From an uncultured Verrucomicrobiae bacterium (GTDB taxonomy: Bacteria > Verrucomicrobiota > Verrucomicrobiia > Limisphaerales > DASXHY01), in contig OY969416.1 in the NCBI GenBank assembly GCA_963699145.1, forward strand, positions 453,293-517,292: a stretch of 64,000 nt of DNA, read 5' to 3'. Of this stretch, positions 11,294-21,379 are shown one piece after another (positions within the stretch are counted from its first letter, which is position 1; the number at the start of each line of letters is the position of its first letter). The notes beneath the pieces were generated by a model. The model did no database searches, was not told the DNA's origin, and worked only from the letters and a program-made list of their open reading frames with translations. Made by a program: the position numbers and the translations under genes.

Positions 11294-12064
11294 TCAATGC
11301 CTGGAAGAATCGCTCACAAAGTAATTATCGTGTCCGGGAATGATCAGGTCCGCCAATTCCGCGATTTTGTTCATGGTCGCGCCTCCCTGTTTGGGATCGG
11401 TCGCATTGTAGAAGTTTTGCCGATTCCGAAAGAAATCGTGGGTCGCAATGGCATCGCCGGCCGCAATGACCGAAAGCCCGTCGCAATCAAAACGCAGGCT
11501 ATGGTGGGACGGCGTATGGCCTGGGGTCGGTAGAACTTCAATCGCTTCAAAGAGCTTGCCGGTGACGGGCTCAACGCGTCGCGTCAATTTGCCGGTTTTA
11601 TTCAAAATCTCCGCTGCGCCCGGCCCCGCCATCCATTGCGCTTCGGGGAAATGCACCAGTCCGGGCCAGTGATCCGAATGATCGTGGGTGACAAACACCG
11701 CGGTGATGTCTGCCAATTTCAGTCCGGTGCGGCGATCCAGTTCGCGCGCCATATCCGCAACTTCGGTTTCAGACGGGTCGACCAGCAGTCGAAAGCCGTC
11801 GCCGCTGATGAGTGTGCAGGTGCAAAGCACCTTGCGGACGGCTTTGTCGTTGGGCTCGCCCCAATATTGATTGCGCGAAAGATTTCCAATCGTGATGACA
11901 TCCCAGCGTTTTACTTTGGAATTCGCAGTGCTTTTTGCAGAGCGCAGCGAGGGTGCTGTCTCGGCGGCCAGGATGCGAGCGGCGGTCAAAGTGCCGGCCA
12001 ACGCAGCGCCTGTTTGAGCCAGGAAACGGGCGCGGGAATATTTGGAAGTGTTGGTTGGATTCAT
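11294..12064 (-). CDS. Metallo-beta-lactamase-fold hydrolase with Tat-like leader
   Basis: THDHSDH, TPGHT, AGDA, IIPGHD motifs; leader SRARFL. Confidence 0.85.
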   Translation of the reverse strand: MNPTNTSKYSRARFLAQTGAALAGTLTAARILAAETAPSLRSAKSTANSKVKRWDVITIGNLSRNQYWGEPNDKAVRKVLCTCTLISGDGFRLLVDPSETEVADMARELDRRTGLKLADITAVFVTHDHSDHWPGLVHFPEAQWMAGPGAAEILNKTGKLTRRVEPVTGKLFEAIEVLPTPGHTPSHHSLRFDCDGLSVIAAGDAIATHDFFRNRQNFYNATDPKQGGATMNKIAELADLIIPGHDNYFVSDSSRH

Positions 12065-12081
12065 AAACGAGATCGCCTTGG

Positions 12082-13839
12082 CTATTGAAAAGTGGCTCCG
12101 CCAAAATCGAGTTGGTACAGCATTCCTTCGTAGCCGACGATGTAGATGTTCCCGCGTTCATCCGTGCCAAACGAGGCGATGCTTTGCGGGCAGGTCCCAA
12201 TTTGCCGCACGGTATCCAGCAGGCGATCGTGTTGTTTCAAAGCGAAGATGCGCTTGGAAGTATAATCGGCGAAGATATAGGCGCCATAAAACGGTGAGGA
12301 TTTGTCACCGCGATAAACGAACCCGCCGACCACGCAAAATCCGTAGCGTCGGTTGTAAGCAAAGACCGGCGGCACGTAGCTCTCGCCTTCCTTCCGATGG
12401 TCATTAGAGAAAGGTTCGAATCCTTCGTAAACATTCCAGCCGTAATTCTCCCCACGGCGGACGATATCCACTTCTTCAATTCGATCCTGTCCCACGTCAC
12501 CGACCCATAAATCGCCCGTGACGGGATCGAAACTGAATCGCCAGGGTTCGCGCAGGCCGTAAGCCCAAATTTCGGGCCGAGCGTTCGGTCGTCCTCGAAA
12601 CGGGTTGTCTTTGGGGACGGCGTACCCGAGTCCTGCATCCTGGTGGTCCACATCAATGCGCAGCATTTTGCCGAGCGGCAGTGAAAGGTTCTGTCCGTGG
12701 CCTTCCGGATCGCCTTGCGGGCCAGTGTCGCCCATTCCGATATAAAGATACCCGTCAGGACCAAAAGCAATCCCGCCGCCCGTGTGGTTTTGCGTCGAGG
12801 TGCCGGATTTCCAAATCAGCCGCGAGGGCTTGCTTGCGTCCGCGCGAAAATCCGCTGACGCTTCGCGTTCCATGACCGTGGACACGATGTTGTCGTCTTC
12901 GAGGATTTGGTAATTGAGGTAGTATTTGTGGTTTTGCCGGAAGTTCGGATGAAACGCGATGCTCAACAAACCGTTTGGTCCGCGCTCGCTGAAGATTTCC
13001 TTGGAAAGATCGACGAATAAAGTTTTGGTTTCATTAGTGGCGTTCTTTTCCAGCAACCAAATCTGTCCAGTTTCATGAACCACCAGAAACGTGTTGCTGA
13101 TCCCTGGCAACTGGCCAAACCAGGTCAACCCGGAGCGCACACCTTGTCCGTTCTCCACGACGGAATGCGGAAATCGCAGCTCTTCACCGATGAACGGCCG
13201 CACCACGATGGGTTTGGGAATTTCTGGAACGTTCGCGGGCATGCCGCGATTACTGCTGATGGCTGAGGCCGGTTGTTTCAGCGAGGCGAGATATTCAATG
13301 AGATCAGTGAAATCTTGCGGGGACATAACGGCGTACAAACCCGCCGGCATCAGAGAAATTTTATTGCCGTGCCGGGAGGCGATGTCGCTGGTCGAAAAGC
13401 GAACAAGTTTGCCATCGATATTCATCAAGCCGAGATACGATTCGTTGGCCTGTTTGATGACGCCGGTGTATTCCTCGCCGGATTTCGTTTCGATGGTGGT
13501 GGACTCATAACCAATCGCAATGGTTGCTGACGGATCGAGAATCGCCGTGATCAAATCGTGACGCGGGAATTTGTCACCAATGAATGAGAGGTCCGGCCCC
13601 GCTTTGCTGCTCGATCCATCCACGGTGTGACACTTGATACACAGCATCCTCTGCCCATTGTTGAAGAGCTCCTTGCCGTGAGCCACGTCGCCTTGATTAC
13701 GCATGGCGAAATCAGAGTAGCGCGCCAAATCAGATGGCAGGTTGGTTTGCGCCGCACCCGTTAAAACGCACGCGAACAGGAAAACGCAGCAAACTTGTAA
13801 CGGGCAGCGAAGGCCCGTGCGATTATTTGGTGGTGGCAT
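12082..13839 (-). CDS. Cytochrome c (PVC-type CxxCH) domain fused to PQQ-dependent glucose/sorbosone dehydrogenase beta-propeller
   Basis: CIKCH...GPDLS...SLMP; ERGPNGLLSIAFHPNF, NHTGGGIAFGPDGYLYIGMGD, EIWAYGLREPWRFSFD. Confidence 0.88.
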   Translation of the reverse strand: MPPPNNRTGLRCPLQVCCVFLFACVLTGAAQTNLPSDLARYSDFAMRNQGDVAHGKELFNNGQRMLCIKCHTVDGSSSKAGPDLSFIGDKFPRHDLITAILDPSATIAIGYESTTIETKSGEEYTGVIKQANESYLGLMNIDGKLVRFSTSDIASRHGNKISLMPAGLYAVMSPQDFTDLIEYLASLKQPASAISSNRGMPANVPEIPKPIVVRPFIGEELRFPHSVVENGQGVRSGLTWFGQLPGISNTFLVVHETGQIWLLEKNATNETKTLFVDLSKEIFSERGPNGLLSIAFHPNFRQNHKYYLNYQILEDDNIVSTVMEREASADFRADASKPSRLIWKSGTSTQNHTGGGIAFGPDGYLYIGMGDTGPQGDPEGHGQNLSLPLGKMLRIDVDHQDAGLGYAVPKDNPFRGRPNARPEIWAYGLREPWRFSFDPVTGDLWVGDVGQDRIEEVDIVRRGENYGWNVYEGFEPFSNDHRKEGESYVPPVFAYNRRYGFCVVGGFVYRGDKSSPFYGAYIFADYTSKRIFALKQHDRLLDTVRQIGTCPQSIASFGTDERGNIYIVGYEGMLYQLDFGGATFQ

Positions 13840-14341
13840 GTGGGAACTGGTTGGTCGCAGTCTTCAAATCGTGCGGGTACACTTTGATCACGTAATACGT
13901 CACCGGCGCTGAACTGCTATTGCGCCAGCCGTGCCATTCATTTGAAGCACAAAAAACCATTCCGCCCGCGCTCACCTGGTTGGTGACGCCGTTCTGCATC
14001 ACTTCGAGCGTTCCTTCCTTGATGACGAGCAATTCCTCCTCCGGATGCTGGTGCGGAGGATGCGGTTCTTTGCCGGGATTCAACGTCGTAATATGGCAGG
14101 AATAGCGGTCGAGTGTCGCGGTGGGAGAATCAAAAACATTTCGAACAGTGCTGATGTCAGAGGAACTTGCCTGCATCTGGCTCCATTGAAAAACGCGCGA
14201 GCGCATCGGCGGCTGGGCCGGGTCGAAAGGAGGATCGCTCATCACAGAAGTAGAGGATGAACTGCGGCGTCCTTGAGCGCAGCCGCTCAGCAAGGCGATC
14301 AACAGAAATCCGTGCCAGGCGTAGATGCTTCGAGCTTTCAT
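13823..14341 (-). CDS. Cupin-domain lipoprotein
   Basis: Lipobox LLSGC; cupin PHPPHQHPEEE..EG and H-G motif. Confidence 0.8.
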   Translation of the reverse strand: MKARSIYAWHGFLLIALLSGCAQGRRSSSSTSVMSDPPFDPAQPPMRSRVFQWSQMQASSSDISTVRNVFDSPTATLDRYSCHITTLNPGKEPHPPHQHPEEELLVIKEGTLEVMQNGVTNQVSAGGMVFCASNEWHGWRNSSSAPVTYYVIKVYPHDLKTATNQFPHATTK

Positions 14342-14387
14342 AGGCGTTATCACGAGTCGGAAACAGACATTCGGCATTCTTGGAAGC

Positions 14388-14490
14388 TAAATACTTTGTG
14401 TCTCACATGTTCAACGTTAAATACTTTGTGTCTCACATATTGATATTTGTGAGACACAAAAATTTTGATGTCCCAAACATGAGACTCAAA
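14388..14490. repeat. Direct and inverted repeats of the tttgtgtctcaca motif just downstream of fic
   Basis: 21-bp taaatactttgtgtctcacat at 14388 and 14418; inverted tgtgagacacaaa at 14448-14460; degenerate atgagactcaaa at 14479-14490. Confidence 0.85.
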
Positions 14491-15604
14491 AAACCTTCTT
14501 GCCTTCGGCGATATTTACTAGCTCACGGAACGCATAAATTCCCGCGCGCCGCCCTCTACCTTGCCGCAGAGGAACCAAAAGTTTTTTGTTTCGAAGCACG
14601 CTAAGAATACGTGCCGCAGTCGGTTTCGGGATTTTAGAATGATCAGTAAACATTGGAGCTGTGAAAATAGGCGTCTCAAAAATAAAATCCACCGCACGAA
14701 TAGCATGTTGCGAGTGAGTCAAATCAACCACCTCGGTCTTCAATCGATTGTAGAGCGTAAGAATTGCCCGTGCCTTCTGTTCATTTTCAGCAGACTGCTG
14801 AACCACTCCTTTTAGAAAAAATTCACACCAATCAGTCCAGTTATTATCGCGTGACACTGCTCGCAAGCGCTCTTGATATTCTTCGCGGTTGGACTCCATA
14901 TAGCCGCTCATATAGAAATCGGGACTGGAAAGCATTTTACGCTGAAACAGAAAGAGAGGTAGCAGCATTCTTCCTAAACGTCCATTGCCATCCTTAAACG
15001 GATGCAATGCCTCGAATTCAACGTGGATAATTGCCAATTGCGTGAGCGCATCCGGCTCTTCGATGCTGCCAAAATATTTTTCCCAATCATCCATACCCGA
15101 TTGCAAGTGCGCCACACCGATAGGCACAAAACTGGCCTCTGTGATCGGACAACCTGTCGGACCAATCCAATTCTGATCGGTGCGATAACTGCCAGGATTT
15201 TTATCCCGCCCACGTACACCTTTCATTAGCAGTGCATGTGCCGATCTCAAAATCTGTTGCGAGAACGGGCGCTGCCCCATTTCGCTCACACAGGACCGCA
15301 TCGCATTCCGGTAATTTAAAACCTCCTCCGCTTCGTCACGCTTCGTTTGTGTAAAAAGTTCTGGTTGGACCGCCGCTTCGATTTCCAACACCTCACCCAT
15401 TGTGACATGGGTGCCCTCAATCTTTGAGGATAACACCGCTTCTTGTGTTGTTAGTGGTGATAGCAGCACGTGAACATTCGGTATGGCTGAAAGCAGACCC
15501 TCATAACGAGCCAGTCCGGCATTTGCCGGTCCAATCAAAGGAATGAGCTTTGCCCAATCAATCTCCTTCGGGGGAAATTTACCGAGATGATATCTAACTG
15601 GCAT
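14486..15604 (-). CDS. Fic-family protein (class II-like, internal inhibitory helix) with possible C-terminal HTH; low GC
   Basis: HPFKDGNGRLGR catalytic motif; SSKIEG inhibitory motif N-terminal to it. Confidence 0.92.
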   Translation of the reverse strand: MPVRYHLGKFPPKEIDWAKLIPLIGPANAGLARYEGLLSAIPNVHVLLSPLTTQEAVLSSKIEGTHVTMGEVLEIEAAVQPELFTQTKRDEAEEVLNYRNAMRSCVSEMGQRPFSQQILRSAHALLMKGVRGRDKNPGSYRTDQNWIGPTGCPITEASFVPIGVAHLQSGMDDWEKYFGSIEEPDALTQLAIIHVEFEALHPFKDGNGRLGRMLLPLFLFQRKMLSSPDFYMSGYMESNREEYQERLRAVSRDNNWTDWCEFFLKGVVQQSAENEQKARAILTLYNRLKTEVVDLTHSQHAIRAVDFIFETPIFTAPMFTDHSKIPKPTAARILSVLRNKKLLVPLRQGRGRRAGIYAFRELVNIAEGKKVF

Positions 15605-15815
15605 AGATTCAATATTTATCGAAATGGCATCAAATCACCAGCAAAGATGGCAGGCACCGGCAGACAGCTCAACTTGCCCACAGTTACTGAATTGGAGTCA
15701 TCCGCGCAGTGGCAAAAGAGGGTGATCTGACGCCTTGTTCATTCAGAAAAGAGAAAGCATTTTATGGAAGCGTACGTCTGGATCATTGCACGCGCATCAC
15801 AGAAGACTCAAGAAG

Positions 15816-15892
<77 letters not shown>

Positions 15893-16011
15893 GACCAACG
15901 AGCCGTAAAAGTTAATGGCCGAACGCGCGCCATGCAAGTATTTTATGGCTTTCCTCAGTTTCGGCGTGCGTTTCCTGGCCTCGCTTCCTATCCTCCCCGC
16001 TTCATTTATTT

Positions 16012-17226
16012 ATGGCTACTTTGAGACCTTTTGCAGCGTTGCGCCCGAAATCGGACCTCGCCAGTCGAGTTTGTGAACTGCCTTACGATGTGATGTCGTC
16101 GGACGAGGCGCGCGCCATGGCTGCCGGCAATCCGCTCAGCTTTTTGCACGTCAGCAAACCTGAAATCGATCTGCCGGCGGGCACGAATCTTTACTCGCCC
16201 GAGGTTTACGCCAAGGGCAGGGAAAACTTTCAATCGCTCATCGCCCAGGGCGCGCTGCGGCAGGACGCCCAGCCGTGTTTTTATCTGTATCGCCAAATCA
16301 TGGGCCAACACGCGCAGGTGGGATTCGTCGCCGTCGCCAGTTGCGAGGAATATCTCAGCGGCATCATTAAGAAACACGAGTTGACTCGCGTGGATAAGGA
16401 AGACGATCGCGTGCGCCACATCGAAGCGCTCAATTCCCAGACTGGTCCGGTGTTCCTGACGTATCGCGCACAGGCGGCGCTCGACGAGTTCATCGCCAAG
16501 AAAACTGCCGAGCAGCCGGATGTGGATTTTACCGCGGCTGATGGCGTGCGTCATACGTCCTGGGTCGTGAACGATCCGGCGCAAATCAAGTTTATTGAAA
16601 CTGAATTCGCACGCGTTCCCGCACTTTACATTGCGGACGGGCATCATCGCAGCGCCGCGGCAGGGCGCGTTTTCCAGGCGCGCAAGGGCGCGGGCGGGAG
16701 CGGTTATTTTCTCAGCGTGATTTTTCCGCACAACCAAATGCAGATTCTGCCCTACAACCGTGTGTTGAAGGATTTGAACGGGCTCTCGCCGGAGCAATTG
16801 TTGGAAAAGCTCGACGGCGTGTTCATCATCAAATCGCCCGGCGCAGCGACGCCGGTGCGGAAACATGAGCTGGGTTTTTATCTGCAAGGCCAGTGGCGCA
16901 CGCTGAATTTTCGCCCGCGCTTTGCGGCGACGACGGATCCGATCGAAAAGCTCGACGTGACCTTGCTGCAAAAGTACGTGCTCGATCCGATTTTCGGCAT
17001 CAACGATCCGCGCACGAGCACACGCATCAATTTTGTCGGCGGCATTCGCGGGACGGCGGAATTGGAGAAGCTGGTGAAGAGCGGCGCGTATGCGTGCGCG
17101 TTTTCCATGTTTCCGACGAGCATTGAGGATTTGATGGAGATCGCGGACGCGGGTGGCATCATGCCGCCGAAAAGCACCTGGTTTGAGCCGAAGCTTCGCG
17201 ACGCCATGTTTTGCCACTTGATTTGA
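16012..17226 (+). CDS. DUF1015 family protein
   Basis: PYDV, IKKHELTR.DKE.DR, LYIADGHHRSAAA, IMPPKSTWFEPKLR motifs. Confidence 0.88.
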   Translation: MATLRPFAALRPKSDLASRVCELPYDVMSSDEARAMAAGNPLSFLHVSKPEIDLPAGTNLYSPEVYAKGRENFQSLIAQGALRQDAQPCFYLYRQIMGQHAQVGFVAVASCEEYLSGIIKKHELTRVDKEDDRVRHIEALNSQTGPVFLTYRAQAALDEFIAKKTAEQPDVDFTAADGVRHTSWVVNDPAQIKFIETEFARVPALYIADGHHRSAAAGRVFQARKGAGGSGYFLSVIFPHNQMQILPYNRVLKDLNGLSPEQLLEKLDGVFIIKSPGAATPVRKHELGFYLQGQWRTLNFRPRFAATTDPIEKLDVTLLQKYVLDPIFGINDPRTSTRINFVGGIRGTAELEKLVKSGAYACAFSMFPTSIEDLMEIADAGGIMPPKSTWFEPKLRDAMFCHLI

Positions 17227-17229
17227 TTT

Positions 17230-17301
17230 GCGAGTTCAAGTGGCGCATGGAACAGGAGGCGGGATGCCTCCTGAACTCGCAGGCGAGGACGCCAGCGTTA
17301 C
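17230..17301. repeat. REP-like palindromes between convergent genes
   Basis: caggaggc-gggat-gcctcctg hairpin nested in gcgagttc/gaactcgc, followed by cgcaggcgaggacgccagcgttac. Confidence 0.65.
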
Positions 17302-17315
17302 CTGCGCTGATGTTA

Positions 17316-17837
17316 TTATTTTTCTTCTTTGCGTTTGGGCGCGCTGAAGCCAATCACGCGGGGTTGCAGCAGCCAATCGAGCGTGGCGCATTTGCCGCAA
17401 CTTAACACCTGCAAATCCAACCGGCACAAGGCGCCTTTCTTGAAGACGATCGGCAATCCGGGTCCGCCGGTGATGAGCAGCGAAATGAACCCGCTGAGAT
17501 AGGGCTCGTGGCCGACGAGCATGATCGCTTTTGGCGACGGGCGGATCGTGTTCAACTGGTGCACCAGGTCTTCCATGTTCCCCGATGGCGCGAGGTGTTC
17601 GCTCGTGCGCAAATCTTTTTCGATCTTCAATCCGTGCGCCATGATTTCCGCTGTTTCCCGCGCGCGCGTCAGCGGGCTGGTGACGATGGCGTCCATGGTG
17701 ATCTCCATTTCGCGGAGCGCATGCGCGAGTTGCTTGGTGCGCTGAATGCCCTTCGTCGTCAGCGGCCGTTCTGCGTCCTTGTAGCGCGGATCGCCGGCCT
17801 CACCGGCATCGCCATGGCGTAGAATGTAAAGTTTCAT
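17316..17837 (-). CDS. sixA: Phosphohistidine phosphatase SixA
   Basis: MKLYILRHG, RPLT..G, TSPLTRARETA, LVGHEP. Confidence 0.92.
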   Translation of the reverse strand: MKLYILRHGDAGEAGDPRYKDAERPLTTKGIQRTKQLAHALREMEITMDAIVTSPLTRARETAEIMAHGLKIEKDLRTSEHLAPSGNMEDLVHQLNTIRPSPKAIMLVGHEPYLSGFISLLITGGPGLPIVFKKGALCRLDLQVLSCGKCATLDWLLQPRVIGFSAPKRKEEK

Positions 17838-17841
17838 AGGC

Positions 17842-18726
17842 TCAAATATGTAATTCAGCGGCGCCGGGCCGTGGATCTTTCGGCTCGAATTCCATAAGTT
17901 CGTGGATGCGTTCCATCAGCGCATCGATGGCCCGCTGTTCGCATCGCTGCAATTCTCCTCGCAAATTTTTCACGCACTCGGCGGGGATTTCCTTGTGCTT
18001 GATGTCCTTATCGACCCGCTCCAGCAGCACGGCCACGTCCTGGATATTTCCGGCGGCGTCCTGGAAATCCTTCATGCGCTCGAGCCGTTGCGGCGTGAAA
18101 TCCGGCAGAAACGGCTGCAGCAACTCCGCGGTGTAACGGAATCGTTTGAAGGCCACGCGCATGCGGTGAATAGTGGCGGGTTTGCTCCGGCGAATTTGCC
18201 GGCGCAACGCCAGCACGCGACGGAACGCGCCGCCCAGCAGGAGTTGCGATTGCGGGCCGCTGGCGCCGGTGGGCCGGCGGGTGGCGCATTGGCGCAGGCA
18301 TTTTTCAAGGTCCTTCAGACACCGGTTCAGTTTTCCGGATTTCGCGGTCTTGATGTGGCGCGACATCTCGCACTCGAGCCGTTTTTCGCATTTCCGCAAA
18401 TGCCTTTTGAAGTCGCGCGCCTCCGGAAACTTGTCCCACATCGGTTTCAACAGCACGCGCTGCACATGCGTGTCGCGCAGGTCATCGAAGGCATCGAGGC
18501 GCTTTTTGAATGTCTTGCTGAGCTTGGCGGGAGACTCGCCGAAGTGAAGCGCCTCGAGCAAATCCAGCAGCGCGAGGATGCGGCGGGTGTCGATGCGCAG
18601 ATCGTGAACGGCCTTTTCCGAAAAATTTTTCTGGCAACACCCCAACCGCTTGCGGTAGCGGCGCCGAGCGGCCCGGACACTCTCCGCCAGGTGGGCGGCG
18701 AGTTTGGGAGGAAAGGTCGGGTTCAC
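17842..18726 (-). CDS. CHAD-domain (polyphosphate-binding) protein; start uncertain (GTG 18726)
   Basis: VHDLRIDTRR..., LRDTHV, IHRMRVAFKRFRY..E, FQD..G.IQD; very basic; adjacent to sixA and ppk. Confidence 0.85.
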   Translation of the reverse strand: MNPTFPPKLAAHLAESVRAARRRYRKRLGCCQKNFSEKAVHDLRIDTRRILALLDLLEALHFGESPAKLSKTFKKRLDAFDDLRDTHVQRVLLKPMWDKFPEARDFKRHLRKCEKRLECEMSRHIKTAKSGKLNRCLKDLEKCLRQCATRRPTGASGPQSQLLLGGAFRRVLALRRQIRRSKPATIHRMRVAFKRFRYTAELLQPFLPDFTPQRLERMKDFQDAAGNIQDVAVLLERVDKDIKHKEIPAECVKNLRGELQRCEQRAIDALMERIHELMEFEPKDPRPGAAELHI

Positions 18727-19068
18727 AGGCTTGCCCAAACATAAAGGATTCGCCGCAAAGTGAAAAGTGACGATTCTTGCTCGAATCGTGCCCTGAAAAT
18801 CCAAGAACGCGGAATAAAGCCGGGAACTTTGAACATCGAAGGACCGATTGCCCAAGCTAAATCGGGCAAGATGAAAAAAAACCTGTCACCTCCGGGCGTG
18901 ACTCGACCACTTATGTTTGATATAATAACCAGCAAAGCCATGCCGATCGCAGCGCCAAATGATGCAATTGGTCGACCAAATCACGGTGAAACGATTTCCA
19001 GTTTGAATTCATTTACAAGAAGCAGTTGCATTCTGAAGGAATGTGACTTTTGATGTGTTTCTGGCTTT

Positions 19069-19524
19069 ATGAAGCAAGCTTTGCAACTTTGGCTAATAAC
19101 ATTGTTGACGTGCCTTTCCACCTCTTGTGCAGTGTCAACCCCTGAAGGGCAGATACGTCGGAGAATACCCGTCGCAGTTGAGAGTGGCAAACCGATCAAG
19201 GTAAAGATCAGTGTTAACAGTCCCAGCGGTTGCAGTGAGGTCGGCATTCGTTGTCCGGATCGGTTGTGGAATATCCTGACTAACAGTCCACAGGATATCG
19301 ATGTTCGCCTCATATCATCGAGATGGAAGGGCGTTAGGGTCCAAAAAATTGCACCAATATATGGTCCAACTAATGCCATAAAGTCACTTCACCCATTGTT
19401 CTTTTTAGTTGGGAATAACAAACTTTTTAGCAGCGCTATAGTACAAATTGTATTTCCAGTTGCGCCGCCAGGGATTACGGAGGCAGAAATTCTAGTGTGC
19501 GGCATGCCACAGGACACCCTTTGA
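19069..19524 (+). CDS. Hypothetical exported protein/lipoprotein in a low-GC islet
   Basis: 151-aa ORF with hydrophobic leader and Cys (LSTSC); AT-rich relative to flanks. Confidence 0.5.
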   Translation: MKQALQLWLITLLTCLSTSCAVSTPEGQIRRRIPVAVESGKPIKVKISVNSPSGCSEVGIRCPDRLWNILTNSPQDIDVRLISSRWKGVRVQKIAPIYGPTNAIKSLHPLFFLVGNNKLFSSAIVQIVFPVAPPGITEAEILVCGMPQDTL

Positions 19525-19552
19525 CTTGTAGGAAAGATCTGAATTTTGATTG

Positions 19553-19693
19553 TGCGTCGCGTTTGCTTTTTCGTCATTCGCGTCTACCGGGGGCGAATGA
19601 CGAAAAAGTGGGTTAATTTGGGCGGTTACCCAGAGTTGCGGCTGCTCCGCAGCCTCACTCTGGGCTACCATCTGCCGCCCCTCCGGGGCTTCA
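19553..19693. repeat. ~140-bp composite hairpin element, copy 1
   Basis: tttttcgtcattcgc/gcgaatgacgaaaaa hairpin plus gttacccag..ctgggcta..gccgccc arm; inverted near-copy at 43860-44004. Confidence 0.85.
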
Positions 19694-19792
19694 TAACGGT
19701 CGCCGAAGGTCCGCGAGGGCATTTTCTGCTGGACTGGCTCGCAGGGACGGGCGTAGATGTTGTGAGTGGGCAAAAGTTGGTCTCGTCAGCCT

Positions 19793-21329
19793 ATGAAATT
19801 CAACCTCTCTATTGCGATTATCACCATGTCCGCATTGCTCTCCACGGGAATTCGTTCGGCCGCAGCCGAAGCCACTTCGTTGGGATTGTTTGAAGCGAAT
19901 GTGGATGTGGGCGCGCCGAAGCTGGCGGGCTCAGCGGGCTATGACGCGGCCAGGAATGAATACACGCTTTCCGGCGGCGGCTCAAATATGTGGACGACGA
20001 ACGACCAGTTCCAATTTCTTTATAAAAAGATGAAGGGCGACTTCATTCTGCGCGCCCGCGTGGAATTTATTGGCGCCGGAAAAAATCCGCACCGGAAGAT
20101 TGGCTGGATGGTCCGGCCGAACCTCGAGGCGAACGCGCCGTATGTGGATTGCGCGCGCCACGGCGTGGATCTGACGTCGCTGCAATATCGTCTAACCGCC
20201 GGCGCGATCACGGCGCAAAAACAACTCACGATCAAGAACCCGGATGTGATCCAGTTTGAGCGGCGCGGCAGCAATTACATTTTTTCAGCGGCGCATTCGG
20301 GTGAGATCATGGAGAGCACGAATTTTTCCGGCATCGATCTTCCCGATGAAGTGTACGTCGGTCTGTTCATTTGCGCGCACGAGGGGGACACCGTGGAGAA
20401 GGCGATTTTCCGCGACGTCCAAATCATCACGCCGATTCGGGCGAATTTCACGCCATATCGCGATTATATTGGCAGCGTGCTGCACATCCTGGACGTGAAA
20501 AGCGGGAAGCTGGAGGACATTTACAGCGGCACAGTGCCGTTTGAGGCTCCAAATTGGACGCGTGACGGGAAATCGCTCATTTACAACGTGAGCGGCCGAG
20601 CGGCGGGATGGGGTGGATTGATGAAGTTCGATCTCGCGACGCGCACGCCCACGCTGATTGACACCGGTGCGAACAACAAGAACAACAATGACCACGTGCT
20701 TTCGTTCGACGGCAGGATGCTGGGCATCAGCGACCAGAGTGCGGGCGGAAGCAGTTCCATTTATGTGGTGCCGGTGGAAGGCGGAACGCCCCGGCGGGTC
20801 ACCAGCAAGACGCCGTCTTATCTGCACGGTTGGTCGCCCGACGCAAAGTTTCTGGTGTTTGCCGGCCAGCGGCCAATCAATGGGACGAACAAGTTCGACA
20901 TCTATAAGATTCCCGGTCGAGGGCGGGGAGGAAATCAAGCTGACGGATGCGCCGGGGGTGAACGACGGCCCCGAATTTACTCCGGACGGCAAATACATTT
21001 ATTTCAATTCTTCACGCACTGGCCGGATGCAAATCTGGCGGATGAAACCGGACGGGCAGGAACAGGAACAGGTCACGCATGACGATTTCAACAACTGGTT
21101 CCCGCACATTTCGCCGGACGGAAAATCCATGGTGATCATCAGTTTTCCGGCAGACATTCCTGCCGGCGACCATCCTTATTACAAGCACTGCTATCTCCGG
21201 CTCATGCCGCTCACGGGCGGCGAACCGAAGGTGATAGCCTATCTCTACGGCGGCCAGGGATCCATCAACGTTCCCTCGTGGTCGCCGGACAGTGAGAAAA
21301 TCGCTTTTGTCAGCAATACCGGGATGTAA
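19793..21329 (+). pseudogene. TolB-like PD40 beta-propeller exported protein split by a single extra base near 20912-20916
   Basis: ORF1 ends ..FDIYKIP; ORF2 frame continues PVEGGEEIKLTDAPGVNDGPEFTPDGK; PD40 repeats on both sides. Confidence 0.8.
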
Positions 21330-21379
21330 GTGTGAGGCTGAGTATCGATTGACAAGTTTTCAGGGGCAACCCCCTTATG

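Noticed and set aside
14388-14460. Possible CRISPR array from the 21-bp direct repeat
   Set aside because: Only two direct copies with a 9-bp spacer, and no cas genes in the window
17557-17569. tggtgcaccagg as an att-site duplicate of the tRNA 3' end
   Set aside because: Short imperfect match inside sixA and on the wrong side of the tRNA
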